A DNA stretch of 64,000 nt, taken from an uncultured bacterium. Its GTDB lineage: Bacteria > Babelota > Babeliae > Babelales > Vermiphilaceae. Positions within the stretch are counted from its first letter, which is position 1, and every line of letters begins with the position of its first letter. The notes beneath the pieces are model-generated. The model was not told the origin of the DNA and did no database searches. It was given only the letters and a program-made list of their open reading frames with translations. The stretch lies in assembly GCA_963702025.1 (NCBI GenBank), contig OY969699.1, positions 928,001 through 992,000 on the forward strand. The letters are read 5' to 3'. Positions 19,492 to 29,195 of the stretch are shown here, piece by piece. A program made the position numbers and the translations under genes.

Positions 19492-20369
19492 AAAAGTTTG
19501 TTTTCATTCCTTTAATTTTTACAGTCTCCCTATCATTTGGTATGGAGAAATCGAGTGAAAAACAAAGAGAATGCGAACAAATATGCTATCTAAATAGAAT
19601 TCCAACGGATATAATCCTTGAAATTTTAATGTGCTTATTTTCATGTGATGATGTGCCACTGATAAAAAATCTTCATGAAGCAACAGTTCTGGTAAAGCCA
19701 TTTTTATATAGCGCCAAGAAATATTTTACAAATGATATGTTGCATAAACAGCTTGTAAAAAGAATGTCCAAAATATATAAGACCCTTACTGCTGAGATTT
19801 CCTTGGATCTTCCTACCCCAGCCAGTAAAGAATATTTAAAAAGCATCGGGATAGATGATGTAATAAAATATTGTGGATACAATATTATAAAAAATGGTTT
19901 TCCTGCGCAGATACGGATGTTGCTTGATGTATGGCCGGTCGGATGCGCAATCCAGATTACTCCTTTTAAAAATTCGATAAAGCGCAATTTAATAATAGAA
20001 CTTGCTGAAACTGATATAGAGGCTCAGCGCTTAAGGCTTTTGCTTTCAAAGGGTATTGATGTAAATGTTATTTCCAATTATGCATCCGGAGATAATGCTT
20101 TGCACAAAGTTGTGCGTACTGCTACTAAAGAAAATGAAGCGTTAAAAAGAAAGCAACTAAAAGTTTTACTTGATTATGGCATCAACGTTGATCATGAAAA
20201 TAATAATTACAATCGTACGGTATTCGACTTGGCTAGGGTTCTTGCTGAGCCAGGGAACCCATTCAAGGAATGCCATTCTCTCCGTTCTGATTTAGAACGG
20301 GCCAAAAGGGATCGAGAGATGGAAAAAAGAGTTGAATCGCATGTGAATAAATGGAATCACTTAAAATAA
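19488..20369 (+). CDS. Exported F-box-like plus ankyrin protein
   Basis: SF-GME; YLNRIPTDIILEILMCL; GIDVN, GDNALHKVV. Confidence 0.75.
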   Translation: MKKFVFIPLIFTVSLSFGMEKSSEKQRECEQICYLNRIPTDIILEILMCLFSCDDVPLIKNLHEATVLVKPFLYSAKKYFTNDMLHKQLVKRMSKIYKTLTAEISLDLPTPASKEYLKSIGIDDVIKYCGYNIIKNGFPAQIRMLLDVWPVGCAIQITPFKNSIKRNLIIELAETDIEAQRLRLLLSKGIDVNVISNYASGDNALHKVVRTATKENEALKRKQLKVLLDYGINVDHENNNYNRTVFDLARVLAEPGNPFKECHSLRSDLERAKRDREMEKRVESHVNKWNHLK

Positions 20370-20517
20370 CTGAAGTATCTAGACGGTTAGTTGCAAAGGT
20401 TACTTAGGAGGAATTTATAAAGAGGTATTAGATTTTGTAGAGCCGCATGGCCCCACCTAAAGCTTCAAAAGGGTGTATAGTCTCTTGAAAAGTTAATAAA
20501 GAAAAAAGTTCAAGCGC

Positions 20518-21513
20518 ATGAAAAAAGTACTTATTTGTTTAAGTTTCTTTTCATCAATTTCTGCCATGCAAAATGCTACTCACCATGCTTCTGATTGTTT
20601 TGACCTGCTTCCTTCCGATATTATTGCTTTAATTTTGGAGAAGCTTATTACTCCTTTTAATCTAAAAGTATGTGGCGAGGGGCCACAGGAATTTATAACT
20701 ATACCTGGCTGGCAATCGAGCGGCGCACGAGAATTTTTGAAAATTCGAAAAAAGTATTATGGAAGTGTGCAAATTCCCAAAACACTTTTTGCTGCATTGG
20801 AGAGTGACCATTCTTCGTTTGGCAAGAAACTCGGTTTATCTGTTTGTCTAGCAAGTCGTGGCTCCATGGTATGGCTGAAGCAAGAACTTGAAAAAAAAGA
20901 TATGACTGATCACGCATACAACTTTATCAAATTTTCCTGTGCTCAGAAGAACCCATTGCCGGTTGCCCCATTTTCCACTTCACGAGTGAAATTGTTATTG
21001 AAGGCGGGATTTCCTATCAACTCATATTGCAATGATGAGGGTGTTCCCTTGCTCATTGAGGCATTGCAACAATTGCCAAAAGATCATAGCGATATTTATA
21101 AACTGGCAAGTGATAAAATAAATCTTTCATATATTCAAAGAATTGCCTGGATCACTTTATTGGTTGCCTATGGTGCTGATCCCAATATCTGCACCCGGCA
21201 TGGCACATCTGCACTCCTTTGTCTTGTTCAAGATAGAAACTCATCATTTGATTGGAGCCCGAAAAGTGCCATAAAAATGCTGTTAGAATTAGGGGCCAAG
21301 CCCGTAACAAAGGGTCAGCTTATCAAAGGTAAAACGGAAGATGATAGCACAGTGCGCGATGAACAGGCCTATACGAATGCGATTGAAGACGCTGCTTATT
21401 TAGCCGACCTTTGCGAGCAATTTGCAAAAAAAAATGAACAACAAAATGCAATCGCCAAGGAGCTTGCAAATAAGAAGTCGCCCTTGAGTAAAATTTGGCA
21501 AAAACAGCCCTAA
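20518..21513 (+). CDS. Exported F-box-like plus ankyrin protein
   Basis: IS-AMQ; FDLLPSDIIALILEKL; LLVAYGADPN, LLELGA. Confidence 0.75.
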   Translation: MKKVLICLSFFSSISAMQNATHHASDCFDLLPSDIIALILEKLITPFNLKVCGEGPQEFITIPGWQSSGAREFLKIRKKYYGSVQIPKTLFAALESDHSSFGKKLGLSVCLASRGSMVWLKQELEKKDMTDHAYNFIKFSCAQKNPLPVAPFSTSRVKLLLKAGFPINSYCNDEGVPLLIEALQQLPKDHSDIYKLASDKINLSYIQRIAWITLLVAYGADPNICTRHGTSALLCLVQDRNSSFDWSPKSAIKMLLELGAKPVTKGQLIKGKTEDDSTVRDEQAYTNAIEDAAYLADLCEQFAKKNEQQNAIAKELANKKSPLSKIWQKQP

Positions 21514-21541
21514 CCGTTCGTGGTGAGCCTGTCGAACCATG
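21514..21541 (+). repeat. Single palindromic repeat unit filling the gap between convergent genes
   Basis: ccgttcgtggtgagcctgtcgaaccatg. Confidence 0.85.
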
Positions 21542-21543
21542 CT

Positions 21544-22635
21544 TCATTTAAAATAACTCAAAATACCAATTACCAACTCAATCCAAATAAGTACAATAAT
21601 GGAAACGGTGAGCATGTCTTCTCGAATCGCTTCCGTTTTATGTTGCAACGTGGAGAGTACATCTTTAATAATGATCAATTTTTTATCGATCGATTCTTTG
21701 AGATTTTTCAGTTCTCGTTTTTCAACCAAGAGTGAATAGAGTTCCGAATAATATGGTTCACCCGCAAGTTTAATGCTCCCCTCAAGCCGTTCAGCAATAA
21801 CTGAAATATCAACTTTTAACTTATCAAGATCATCTACGGGGCCCTTGGAGAGTGTGCCGATGAACGGAAAATATGATTTTAATGGCACCTTGCGAACGCG
21901 GCCCTCGTAAATATAATTAAGTTGTTGTTCAAGAGTGCGATCAAAATAACGCAACTCTAAGTGCTGAATGTTGGCAAAATCAAAAAAATCGAGAATATCT
22001 TGGTATTCATCGTCGTAAATAAATGCTGCTTCGGTATCCACCACAATTAAATCACCCCGAAAATAACCGATCGCGTCAGCCAAAATTTCATTCTTTTGGT
22101 TTTCTGAAAGTGTTTCAGTTTCAAAACGTAATGCGGATGCAATGATCCCGCCATAAGTATCTTTGAGTTTTACCATATCAAGTAAATTGGGAAGCGGATC
22201 AACTTGGATCACCAGGTAAGTGGAACGGGTATGAAAAAAGTTAGATTTTGCAATAAATGGCTTAATATTTTTAAAGATTGTTTCTGAATCAATAAGACTT
22301 TGCTCGGCCCACTGATTGTCAATCCCATCAAGCTGTTGACGAATATTTTTAAGAGTATCTTTAAAAGGAATTTTATAAAGAAGTGAGATAGCACCAAAGT
22401 TATGAATTTTTGCGTTAACGCAGGTTGGGCTTTTTTCTGTTTCAGGAATTTCAATCGCAAGAGGAAGATGATAGTTTTTAAAGAATTTGGAGAGAGTTAA
22501 TGGTTGTGGAACCACTAAACCGGATGCTTTTACTTTTTCTAAATTAATATCGTCACCCACGTCAAATGCATGGAATAAATAGATGTTTCCTTCAAATAAC
22601 TGTTCAAGAGGGTTGTTTTCAGTATTTTCAGCCAT
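21544..22635 (-). CDS. RMD1/DUF155-like membrane protein
   Basis: AFDVGDDINL, FGAISL, C-terminal IIVLIWIEL TM helix. Confidence 0.65.
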   Translation of the reverse strand: MAENTENNPLEQLFEGNIYLFHAFDVGDDINLEKVKASGLVVPQPLTLSKFFKNYHLPLAIEIPETEKSPTCVNAKIHNFGAISLLYKIPFKDTLKNIRQQLDGIDNQWAEQSLIDSETIFKNIKPFIAKSNFFHTRSTYLVIQVDPLPNLLDMVKLKDTYGGIIASALRFETETLSENQKNEILADAIGYFRGDLIVVDTEAAFIYDDEYQDILDFFDFANIQHLELRYFDRTLEQQLNYIYEGRVRKVPLKSYFPFIGTLSKGPVDDLDKLKVDISVIAERLEGSIKLAGEPYYSELYSLLVEKRELKNLKESIDKKLIIIKDVLSTLQHKTEAIREDMLTVSIIVLIWIELVIGILSYFK

Positions 22636-22794
22636 GGTATTTTATCTCCGGGAATGCAAACGAATGGTTTCTTATTACCCTACCCGAATGAATTTGAATG
22701 ATCAAATAGCCTGGCAATCGCTTGATTTATTTACTATTATTTCTAAACTTAAACATTATTCTAAATGCTGCTTGTACATACGCGAAAGATCTTT

Positions 22795-23217
22795 ATGAAG
22801 AAAAAAATTCTGGTTTTACTGCTTGCCGTTGCGATCCAAAGTGTCGCTGAGACACCAAGTGAAAAATCAAAGAAAGAAGCGGAGGAACTTCGTAATGAAA
22901 TACGAACTGCTATTTCAACTATCATTGAACATCCGGTGGTTCAAACAGTCAGTGTTTCTGTTGGCCTTGCATGCATTGGTTCAATACTATGTAAATTGAA
23001 GCATGTTGATTTTTTTCAAGCTATGAATATATATCCTCGGCTGAGAGAAATAAACAATAGTGGCACTGCAGAGTTGGTTCTTTCAATTAATACAAGCCGA
23101 GTTTATACCCATCCAAATATTTATTTTGAAGCAGTAACTGCTGGATTATTATTGCATCATCCGGTAGCAAAAGTAGTTAACAAATTGTCCCATTTATTTA
23201 ATATGAGTAAAACATGA
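22795..23217 (+). CDS. Exported or membrane hypothetical protein
   Basis: Signal MKKKILVLLLAVAIQSVA; VQTV and AGLLL motifs shared with the next gene. Confidence 0.6.
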   Translation: MKKKILVLLLAVAIQSVAETPSEKSKKEAEELRNEIRTAISTIIEHPVVQTVSVSVGLACIGSILCKLKHVDFFQAMNIYPRLREINNSGTAELVLSINTSRVYTHPNIYFEAVTAGLLLHHPVAKVVNKLSHLFNMSKT

Positions 23218-23657
23218 AAAATATAATTATTGTTCTTTTTCCCTTTTTTCTTTCGATTTCAGCCGTTCAACCGGTAAAGCCGCCACAAAATCATGCGCCT
23301 GCACCTTTTCCAAAACAAGAAATAGTTAAGCAAAAAGAAGAGGAGCAAAAGCCGCTACTAACGGTGAATGCTTCTAATATTAAAGAGCTAGTGCACAAGA
23401 AATATAAAGAAATTTCTCCGGCAATAAAAACTGCTAAAGATGGTGTTGTCAATACGTATAATACGGTAACCGGCTTAACTTTAGTGCAAACAGTTAAGGT
23501 GACAACGGGGTTATTCTTGACTTGTTCTTCATTGCATGCAATAGCTCAAGATCGGAATGAGATTGCTTTTAGGCGAATGCTTGTCGCAGGGTTACTCCTT
23601 CGGCATCAAATGACTGAGTTATACTCTGCGGTACTTAACAAGTTGAATAGAAAATAA
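23214..23657 (+). CDS. Exported or membrane hypothetical protein (paralog of previous gene)
   Basis: Signal peptide; VQTVKVTTGL...VAGLLLRH. Confidence 0.6.
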   Translation: MKNIIIVLFPFFLSISAVQPVKPPQNHAPAPFPKQEIVKQKEEEQKPLLTVNASNIKELVHKKYKEISPAIKTAKDGVVNTYNTVTGLTLVQTVKVTTGLFLTCSSLHAIAQDRNEIAFRRMLVAGLLLRHQMTELYSAVLNKLNRK

Positions 23658-23662
23658 GTGTA

Positions 23663-23743
23663 CACATGGTGAGTGATTGCTTTAGCAATTGTATCGAACC
23701 ATGATCCTTCGATACGCATTCAAAGAATGCTACTCAGGATGTG
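23663..23743. repeat. Inverted pair of palindromic repeat units between convergent genes
   Basis: cacatggtgag..gtatcgaaccatg / tccttcgatac..tactcaggatgtg. Confidence 0.85.
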
Positions 23744-24022
23744 TCATATCTTCCTAAATACTTTGCGCAGTTCAATTTTTGCTGCTTCTAATCGTTTGCG
23801 ATCTTTTGCTGCCAATTTTTTTCCCGCGCGATTTATGTAGAAATTAAGCATAGACATTGCGGATTGGAACTTAGTTCCTTTGGTGCGATTGCTCGCCATA
23901 ACTGATCGTTGTAAACTTTTTGCTATTTCGCGTGGTGAAAGGGTAAAAACTCCTGCCTCCAAATCCATAGCATTCGATGTTTGGGCAACTTTTTTGCTCC
24001 AGTATTTCTTTTTGACTGCCAT
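23744..24022 (-). CDS. DUF3175-family protein
   Basis: WS..V...SNAMDLEAGVFT, FQSAMSMLNFYINRAG. Confidence 0.8.
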   Translation of the reverse strand: MAVKKKYWSKKVAQTSNAMDLEAGVFTLSPREIAKSLQRSVMASNRTKGTKFQSAMSMLNFYINRAGKKLAAKDRKRLEAAKIELRKVFRKI

Positions 24023-24081
24023 TATTTTCTCCTTTTAGTTAAAGGTAAACGAGAAGAAAAGTGGCATGCAAGAGTTACTAC

Positions 24082-24621
24082 TTATAAAAAAAATTTCTTA
24101 AATTTTTCATTCATTCGGAGCACAGAAGAATGTAAGGTATAATCACTTATTTTATCAAATGGCACCCAGGCAAGATCATGTGATTCTTCGCTAACGTTAT
24201 ACTGAGCATCGGTAGGTGCTTGTAGCAAATACCGCACATCATAATGGTAGGTGCATGCTCCTGCAATTGCATGAATATCAATATCAAAAATGTCATCATG
24301 TAAGAAGGTTAATCCCGTAATGCCAGATTCTTCATGTGCCTCTTGAGCCGCCACCATTTTGCAATCTGTTTGCCCATCATTGTGGCCACCAAGCTGCACC
24401 CACAAATTAAATTTTTTGTGATGGGTGAGTAAGGCATGAGTTTTTTGTACATTAACGATCCAAATTGAGCTGGTAACATGCCCCTTATTGGCGCGTGAAA
24501 AAGAGTCGGGATTACTATTAAGAAAATCAGTAAAATGCCGTATCATGTGCTGCTCTTCTACGGTGCACCATGGGGTGGCAGCGAATGTGTTTAAATCATC
24601 GTGCAGTTTGTGTTGGCTCAT
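24082..24621 (-). CDS. Nudix hydrolase
   Basis: GHVTSS, WVQLGGHNDG..QEAHEESGI Nudix box, HYDVRY. Confidence 0.85.
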   Translation of the reverse strand: MSQHKLHDDLNTFAATPWCTVEEQHMIRHFTDFLNSNPDSFSRANKGHVTSSIWIVNVQKTHALLTHHKKFNLWVQLGGHNDGQTDCKMVAAQEAHEESGITGLTFLHDDIFDIDIHAIAGACTYHYDVRYLLQAPTDAQYNVSEESHDLAWVPFDKISDYTLHSSVLRMNEKFKKFFL

Positions 24622-24623
24622 AA

Positions 24624-26444
24624 TTACCTCTTTAAAATAGCCAAGAATGCCTCTTGAGGCACTTCAACAGTCCCAACCTGTTTCATCTTCTTTTTGCCCT
24701 CTTTTTGTTTTTCAAGCAGCTTACGCTTTCGGGTAATGTCGCCGCCATAACATTTTGCCGTCACATCTTTTCGTAATGCTGATACTGTTTCTCGAGCAAT
24801 TATTTTGGCCCCGATTGCTGCTTGAATGGCAACTTCAAAAAGTTGGCGCGGAATCACTTGACGTAATTTTTCACAAATTTCGCGACCAATATAAAATGCT
24901 TTATCGGCATGTACAATCAATGCAAGAGCATCTACGGGTTTGCCATTTAATAAGATGTCCATTTTTACCAATTTTTCCGGTTGATAGCCAGCTTCTTCAT
25001 AATCAAAACTGGCGTATCCGGAGCTCAGTGATTTAAGTTTGTCATAAAAATCGGTAGCAACTTCATTGAGGGGGAGTTTATATTTTAAGATTATGCGATC
25101 CTCATCAAGAAATTTCATCTCTTTCTGTTCACCACGTTTTTCATCGCAAAGGGTCATCATATTGCCCAAATATTGCTTTGGCACAATGATGGTGGCATTG
25201 ATAATCGGCTCATAAATCTCTTCGATACGATTTGCTTCAGGAAAATCGGATGGTGTTTCTACATCCATCATTTCCCCCGTGTGCGCTAATTTTACTTTAT
25301 ACAGCACGCTTGGCGCAGTGGCAATAACGGTAATGTTATATTCTTGTTCCAAGCGTTGCTTAAAAACGTCCATATGCAATAGGCCTAAAAACCCGCAACG
25401 GAAACCCAGCCCCAGTGCCGGAGAACTCTTTTTTTCAACCGAGACACTGGCATCATTAAGAGTTAATTTTTCAATGGCATCACGCAATAACTCAAAATCG
25501 CTCGCGTCAACGGGAAATATGCCGGCAAATACTACCGGCTTTGCCGGTTTAAATCCCGGAAATGGTTTAACCGGAAACCGCGAATGATAAATCGTATCGC
25601 CTACCCGTGCTTCACGCACCGTTTTCATACCGGTTATCACATATCCTACTTGCCCGGCATAGAGTGCATCCATTGGCTGCTGATCGGGATACATAAGGCC
25701 AACTTCGAGCACTTCATATTCGTTGCCCAATTGCGCCAAAGTTACCACATCCCCCTTTTTGATCATCCCATCTTTGAGCGCAATCAAGCATATTACGCCG
25801 CGATAATCGTCGAACCATGAATCAAAAAGTAATGCCTTGAGCGGTTGGTCACTGCTGCCCTCGGGCGCAGGAATCCGCACTATTATGGCATCAAGCACAT
25901 CGGTAATGCCAATGCCGGCTTTGCCCGAAGCATGAATAATGTCATTCTGCTTAAAATCAAAGAGTGTCTCCATTTGGCGCATTACTCGTTCGGGCATCGC
26001 GTTCATCATGTCCACTTTATTAAGAACGGGAACAATGGTGAGGTCCTGGTCAAAGGCAAGATAAAAATTTGCCATAGTTTGCGCTTCAACGCCTTGGGTG
26101 GCATCAACCAGGAGCGCAGCACCCTGGCATGCGTACAGTGATCGAGAAACCTCATATGAAAAATCGACGTGCCCGGGGGTATCAATCAGATTGAGCAAAT
26201 ACATTACCCCTTTGTGCTCATAAAACATTGAGGCAGTTTGGGCCTTAACAGTAATACCTCGCTCTTTTTCAACCTGTAATTTATCTAAAAATTGTTCATG
26301 TTTGATACGATCAGAAAGGGTGCCGGTCTTTTCCAGCAATCGATCTGAAAGAGTAGATTTGCCATGGTCGATATGCGCAATAATTGAAAAATTACGCACC
26401 TGTTGTGCGGGAAAATCTTTGAGATTAATTTTTTTTAAATCCAT
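24624..26444 (-). CDS. lepA: Translation elongation factor 4
   Basis: AHIDHGKSTL, DTPGHVDF, GFLGLLHM, CYGGDITRKRKLL. Confidence 0.98.
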   Translation of the reverse strand: MDLKKINLKDFPAQQVRNFSIIAHIDHGKSTLSDRLLEKTGTLSDRIKHEQFLDKLQVEKERGITVKAQTASMFYEHKGVMYLLNLIDTPGHVDFSYEVSRSLYACQGAALLVDATQGVEAQTMANFYLAFDQDLTIVPVLNKVDMMNAMPERVMRQMETLFDFKQNDIIHASGKAGIGITDVLDAIIVRIPAPEGSSDQPLKALLFDSWFDDYRGVICLIALKDGMIKKGDVVTLAQLGNEYEVLEVGLMYPDQQPMDALYAGQVGYVITGMKTVREARVGDTIYHSRFPVKPFPGFKPAKPVVFAGIFPVDASDFELLRDAIEKLTLNDASVSVEKKSSPALGLGFRCGFLGLLHMDVFKQRLEQEYNITVIATAPSVLYKVKLAHTGEMMDVETPSDFPEANRIEEIYEPIINATIIVPKQYLGNMMTLCDEKRGEQKEMKFLDEDRIILKYKLPLNEVATDFYDKLKSLSSGYASFDYEEAGYQPEKLVKMDILLNGKPVDALALIVHADKAFYIGREICEKLRQVIPRQLFEVAIQAAIGAKIIARETVSALRKDVTAKCYGGDITRKRKLLEKQKEGKKKMKQVGTVEVPQEAFLAILKR

Positions 26445-26605
26445 TGTTTGTTTCTCGATTGAAAGCAGGAAAGAGGTTTTTTCTATTTTAGTGTACGAGA
26501 AATGGGGTATTTGTAAATGTCAGTGCTTGGATAGTATTGCTTTTTGTAATGGATTTTGTTCTATGCTTGAATCGAAAATCAAGTGAATAAGAAAGGGAAT
26601 GAATC

Positions 26606-28132
26606 ATGAACTGGTTGATCAAAAAAATTCTAGGAGCGATGGTCTTAACCATTGTTTGCATACACGCTTTTGAACCTCCGCCGTGTAAATCCAAAAAAGA
26701 TGAATACCAAGAGATGCAAGAGTTGGCCGAGCAATTTGTTATGGAAAGTCATCTTGATGATATTTTTGAAAAAATTCTGCATAGTTATGTGAGCTATAAA
26801 CCAATAGGTTTTGAATATCTATCAAGTCTAACACTACAAGAGTTACTCGTGTATACACAACGAATGGAAAGTGCAGCGGCCGCATCATTTGCCAAGCAGT
26901 ATAACAGAGGGTTAAATGCAATTAACCAGTTTATCATTGATATAACTAATAATGTAAAAGCTGAGCTGGAAAAAAGGAAAAAACCGAAAAAAACAGACTT
27001 TCAAGTACTTATTCTGCAAAAGCCTCTTTATCTTAACGGCCTTACTTTTAAAGAATTGCAAGACATGCTGAGCACTGTTGAGCGCATCCTCAATGATACG
27101 ATCGAACAAGAGCGATGGGCAAAAGAATTACATATGGATAACAAGGCGTTTATTGAAGTTGCTCGGCAATTAAAAAAGATGTTAATGGAAGACATAAAGC
27201 AGGTAAACAAACTTGTTGATCAAGCGTTGGAAAAATTAGCACAAGAAAAAAAGGATGAGCTTGCCAAAAGCGCTGAAATAAAAGACGCATTAAAAGGTGA
27301 GCATGCTAAAGAATCGGTACAAAAGATTGAAGAAATATCCAAACAGTTTCCGGAATTTTTTAAAAATATCCCTCCAGAAATTCAGCTGCGATTTTTAAAT
27401 AAGTTTGAAACAATTTATGCTAAAAATAAATCGATTACTGCGGTCTTGGCTAATTTATACAAAGATCCTCTGCAAACGAAAGAGCAGCGGTTAATTGCCT
27501 TGGGAGAAGTTTTAGGATTTCACTCCTATTATTCCTACGGGTATGTCTTTTTTGATAATGGCGAGCGGGCGCGCGGCGTAACACTACCCCAATACCTTAA
27601 AGTGCAACGAGAATTCAAACAAGCAATGGAATATGAAAAAGTGCTGGCATTAGAGCAAGAATCTATATACATGGTAAATGAATTAGTAAAAACCTATAAG
27701 ATTCATCTTATGCCGATTGATGTTCTTGATGAGATAGTGATGTTGATTCGCCTGTATGAGCTTATACAAAAAGATAAAGACTTTTCGAGTAGATTAAAGA
27801 CATTCAAAATCCTCATTAATCCCTATCAACAAAAAGATATAACTTATGCCAAAGTGGTAATCTATGCGAGCGGCAAAGAAAATGCGCAAAAAATGCTGAA
27901 CAGCATCTATGCTAAATTTAAAAATATGGTTGGTCTGGATATAGCGCCTCGCTATAATGCAAAAGTGACCGATTTAATATGGATCGCCCAAGGGGATGGC
28001 GATTATAAGTTGGAACAACCGTTTATCAGTTACTATGAATCGCCGTTACGGGTTTATTATCGTGCCGATATCACTGGCGCAGCGCAAAATTATCACTTAA
28101 TTAATCCCGAAACGGGAAAAGAAATTATTTGA
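26606..28132 (+). CDS. Exported protein, tandem family member 1 (coiled coil plus putative HopA1/OspF-like C-terminal domain)
   Basis: YKIHLMP, TFKI, KVVIYA, LIWIAQGD, NYHLINP. Confidence 0.7.
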   Translation: MNWLIKKILGAMVLTIVCIHAFEPPPCKSKKDEYQEMQELAEQFVMESHLDDIFEKILHSYVSYKPIGFEYLSSLTLQELLVYTQRMESAAAASFAKQYNRGLNAINQFIIDITNNVKAELEKRKKPKKTDFQVLILQKPLYLNGLTFKELQDMLSTVERILNDTIEQERWAKELHMDNKAFIEVARQLKKMLMEDIKQVNKLVDQALEKLAQEKKDELAKSAEIKDALKGEHAKESVQKIEEISKQFPEFFKNIPPEIQLRFLNKFETIYAKNKSITAVLANLYKDPLQTKEQRLIALGEVLGFHSYYSYGYVFFDNGERARGVTLPQYLKVQREFKQAMEYEKVLALEQESIYMVNELVKTYKIHLMPIDVLDEIVMLIRLYELIQKDKDFSSRLKTFKILINPYQQKDITYAKVVIYASGKENAQKMLNSIYAKFKNMVGLDIAPRYNAKVTDLIWIAQGDGDYKLEQPFISYYESPLRVYYRADITGAAQNYHLINPETGKEII

Positions 28133-28138
28133 GAGCAT

Positions 28139-29182
28139 ATGATGAAATATTTTTTCTGTATGACTGTCATCTTTTCATTGTGCGGAATGGAAATGCCGCA
28201 AGAAAAAAAAGGTGAGCAGGATATCGCCAAAAAGTTGCTCAAGGAAAAAGAAGTATCAAAACAACTAAAAGAAGAAATGGGTGATAAAGAAGAAAAGCGT
28301 GCGCGGCGTGATTTAATAGCGTTTCAAAAATTTCATCCACAACGAACTGTTTCAGTTAAAGAAATTAAAAAAAAATTCCCGCAGCTTTTTACTGGTATAC
28401 CTGAAAGCATGTATCAACATGTTGCTGATTATGTTGAATTTAAGTTTGGTAAAGCCATAGAGAAGCAGCTACAAGGGCTTAAAAATATTAAGAAAAGCAA
28501 AGCGATTGCCAAAGATCCGGATATTTCTTTACGTACTTTCTTGTGGCAAGCGATCGGCATAAATTATGGTCTTCTTGCCTATTACTTAACTTGCCAAAGT
28601 TATTTCCATTTTCTTGATCCCGGTGAAAAAAAATTCTTTAAAGGTCATCGCATTCATCATCATATAGAAGATGTTGCCGTTTTTGACCAAAAAGGAGAGC
28701 AACAAACTGCGCCGCGCAAAGAGATGGCCGAGAAATTGGTGCAAAAATATAAAATTCATCTGATGCCCAAAGCAGAGGATATGACGCCAATCATAATTCA
28801 ATTGTTAGAGAGTGTAAAAAATGATCTGGAGCTGGCTCAGTTAATACACTCATTTAAAGCGCGCCCGGATCCCAACACTCTCTTGCAAGGGCGTATTGTT
28901 TCTCGGATTGTTATCTACCCTGCCTCGGGTAAAGAGAATGCCCAAAAGCTTCTTGATAAACTGTATTCTCTGTTAAAAAATGTTGAAGGATCCGGACAAC
29001 ACCCATTTGCCAATGCACGCGTCTCCGATCTTATCTGGATTGCTCACGGTGATAGCGGTGATAAGCCTTTTTTTCGTCACTATTACGAACAGCCGAATAT
29101 GGTTTATTTTCGCCCTGATATGACCGGCACTATAGAAAATTATCATTTGATTAACCCCGAAACGAGAAAAGAAATTGTGTAA
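28139..29182 (+). CDS. Exported protein, tandem family member 2
   Basis: LC-GME; YKIHLMP, SFKA, RIVIYP, LIWIAHGD. Confidence 0.7.
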   Translation: MMKYFFCMTVIFSLCGMEMPQEKKGEQDIAKKLLKEKEVSKQLKEEMGDKEEKRARRDLIAFQKFHPQRTVSVKEIKKKFPQLFTGIPESMYQHVADYVEFKFGKAIEKQLQGLKNIKKSKAIAKDPDISLRTFLWQAIGINYGLLAYYLTCQSYFHFLDPGEKKFFKGHRIHHHIEDVAVFDQKGEQQTAPRKEMAEKLVQKYKIHLMPKAEDMTPIIIQLLESVKNDLELAQLIHSFKARPDPNTLLQGRIVSRIVIYPASGKENAQKLLDKLYSLLKNVEGSGQHPFANARVSDLIWIAHGDSGDKPFFRHYYEQPNMVYFRPDMTGTIENYHLINPETRKEIV

Positions 29183-29195
29183 CGAAAGGAAAAAA

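Noticed and set aside
25807..25819. tcgtcgaaccatg in lepA resembles half a repeat unit
   Set aside because: It encodes the conserved LepA DSWFD motif, has no GAG arm and adds no residues; coincidence.
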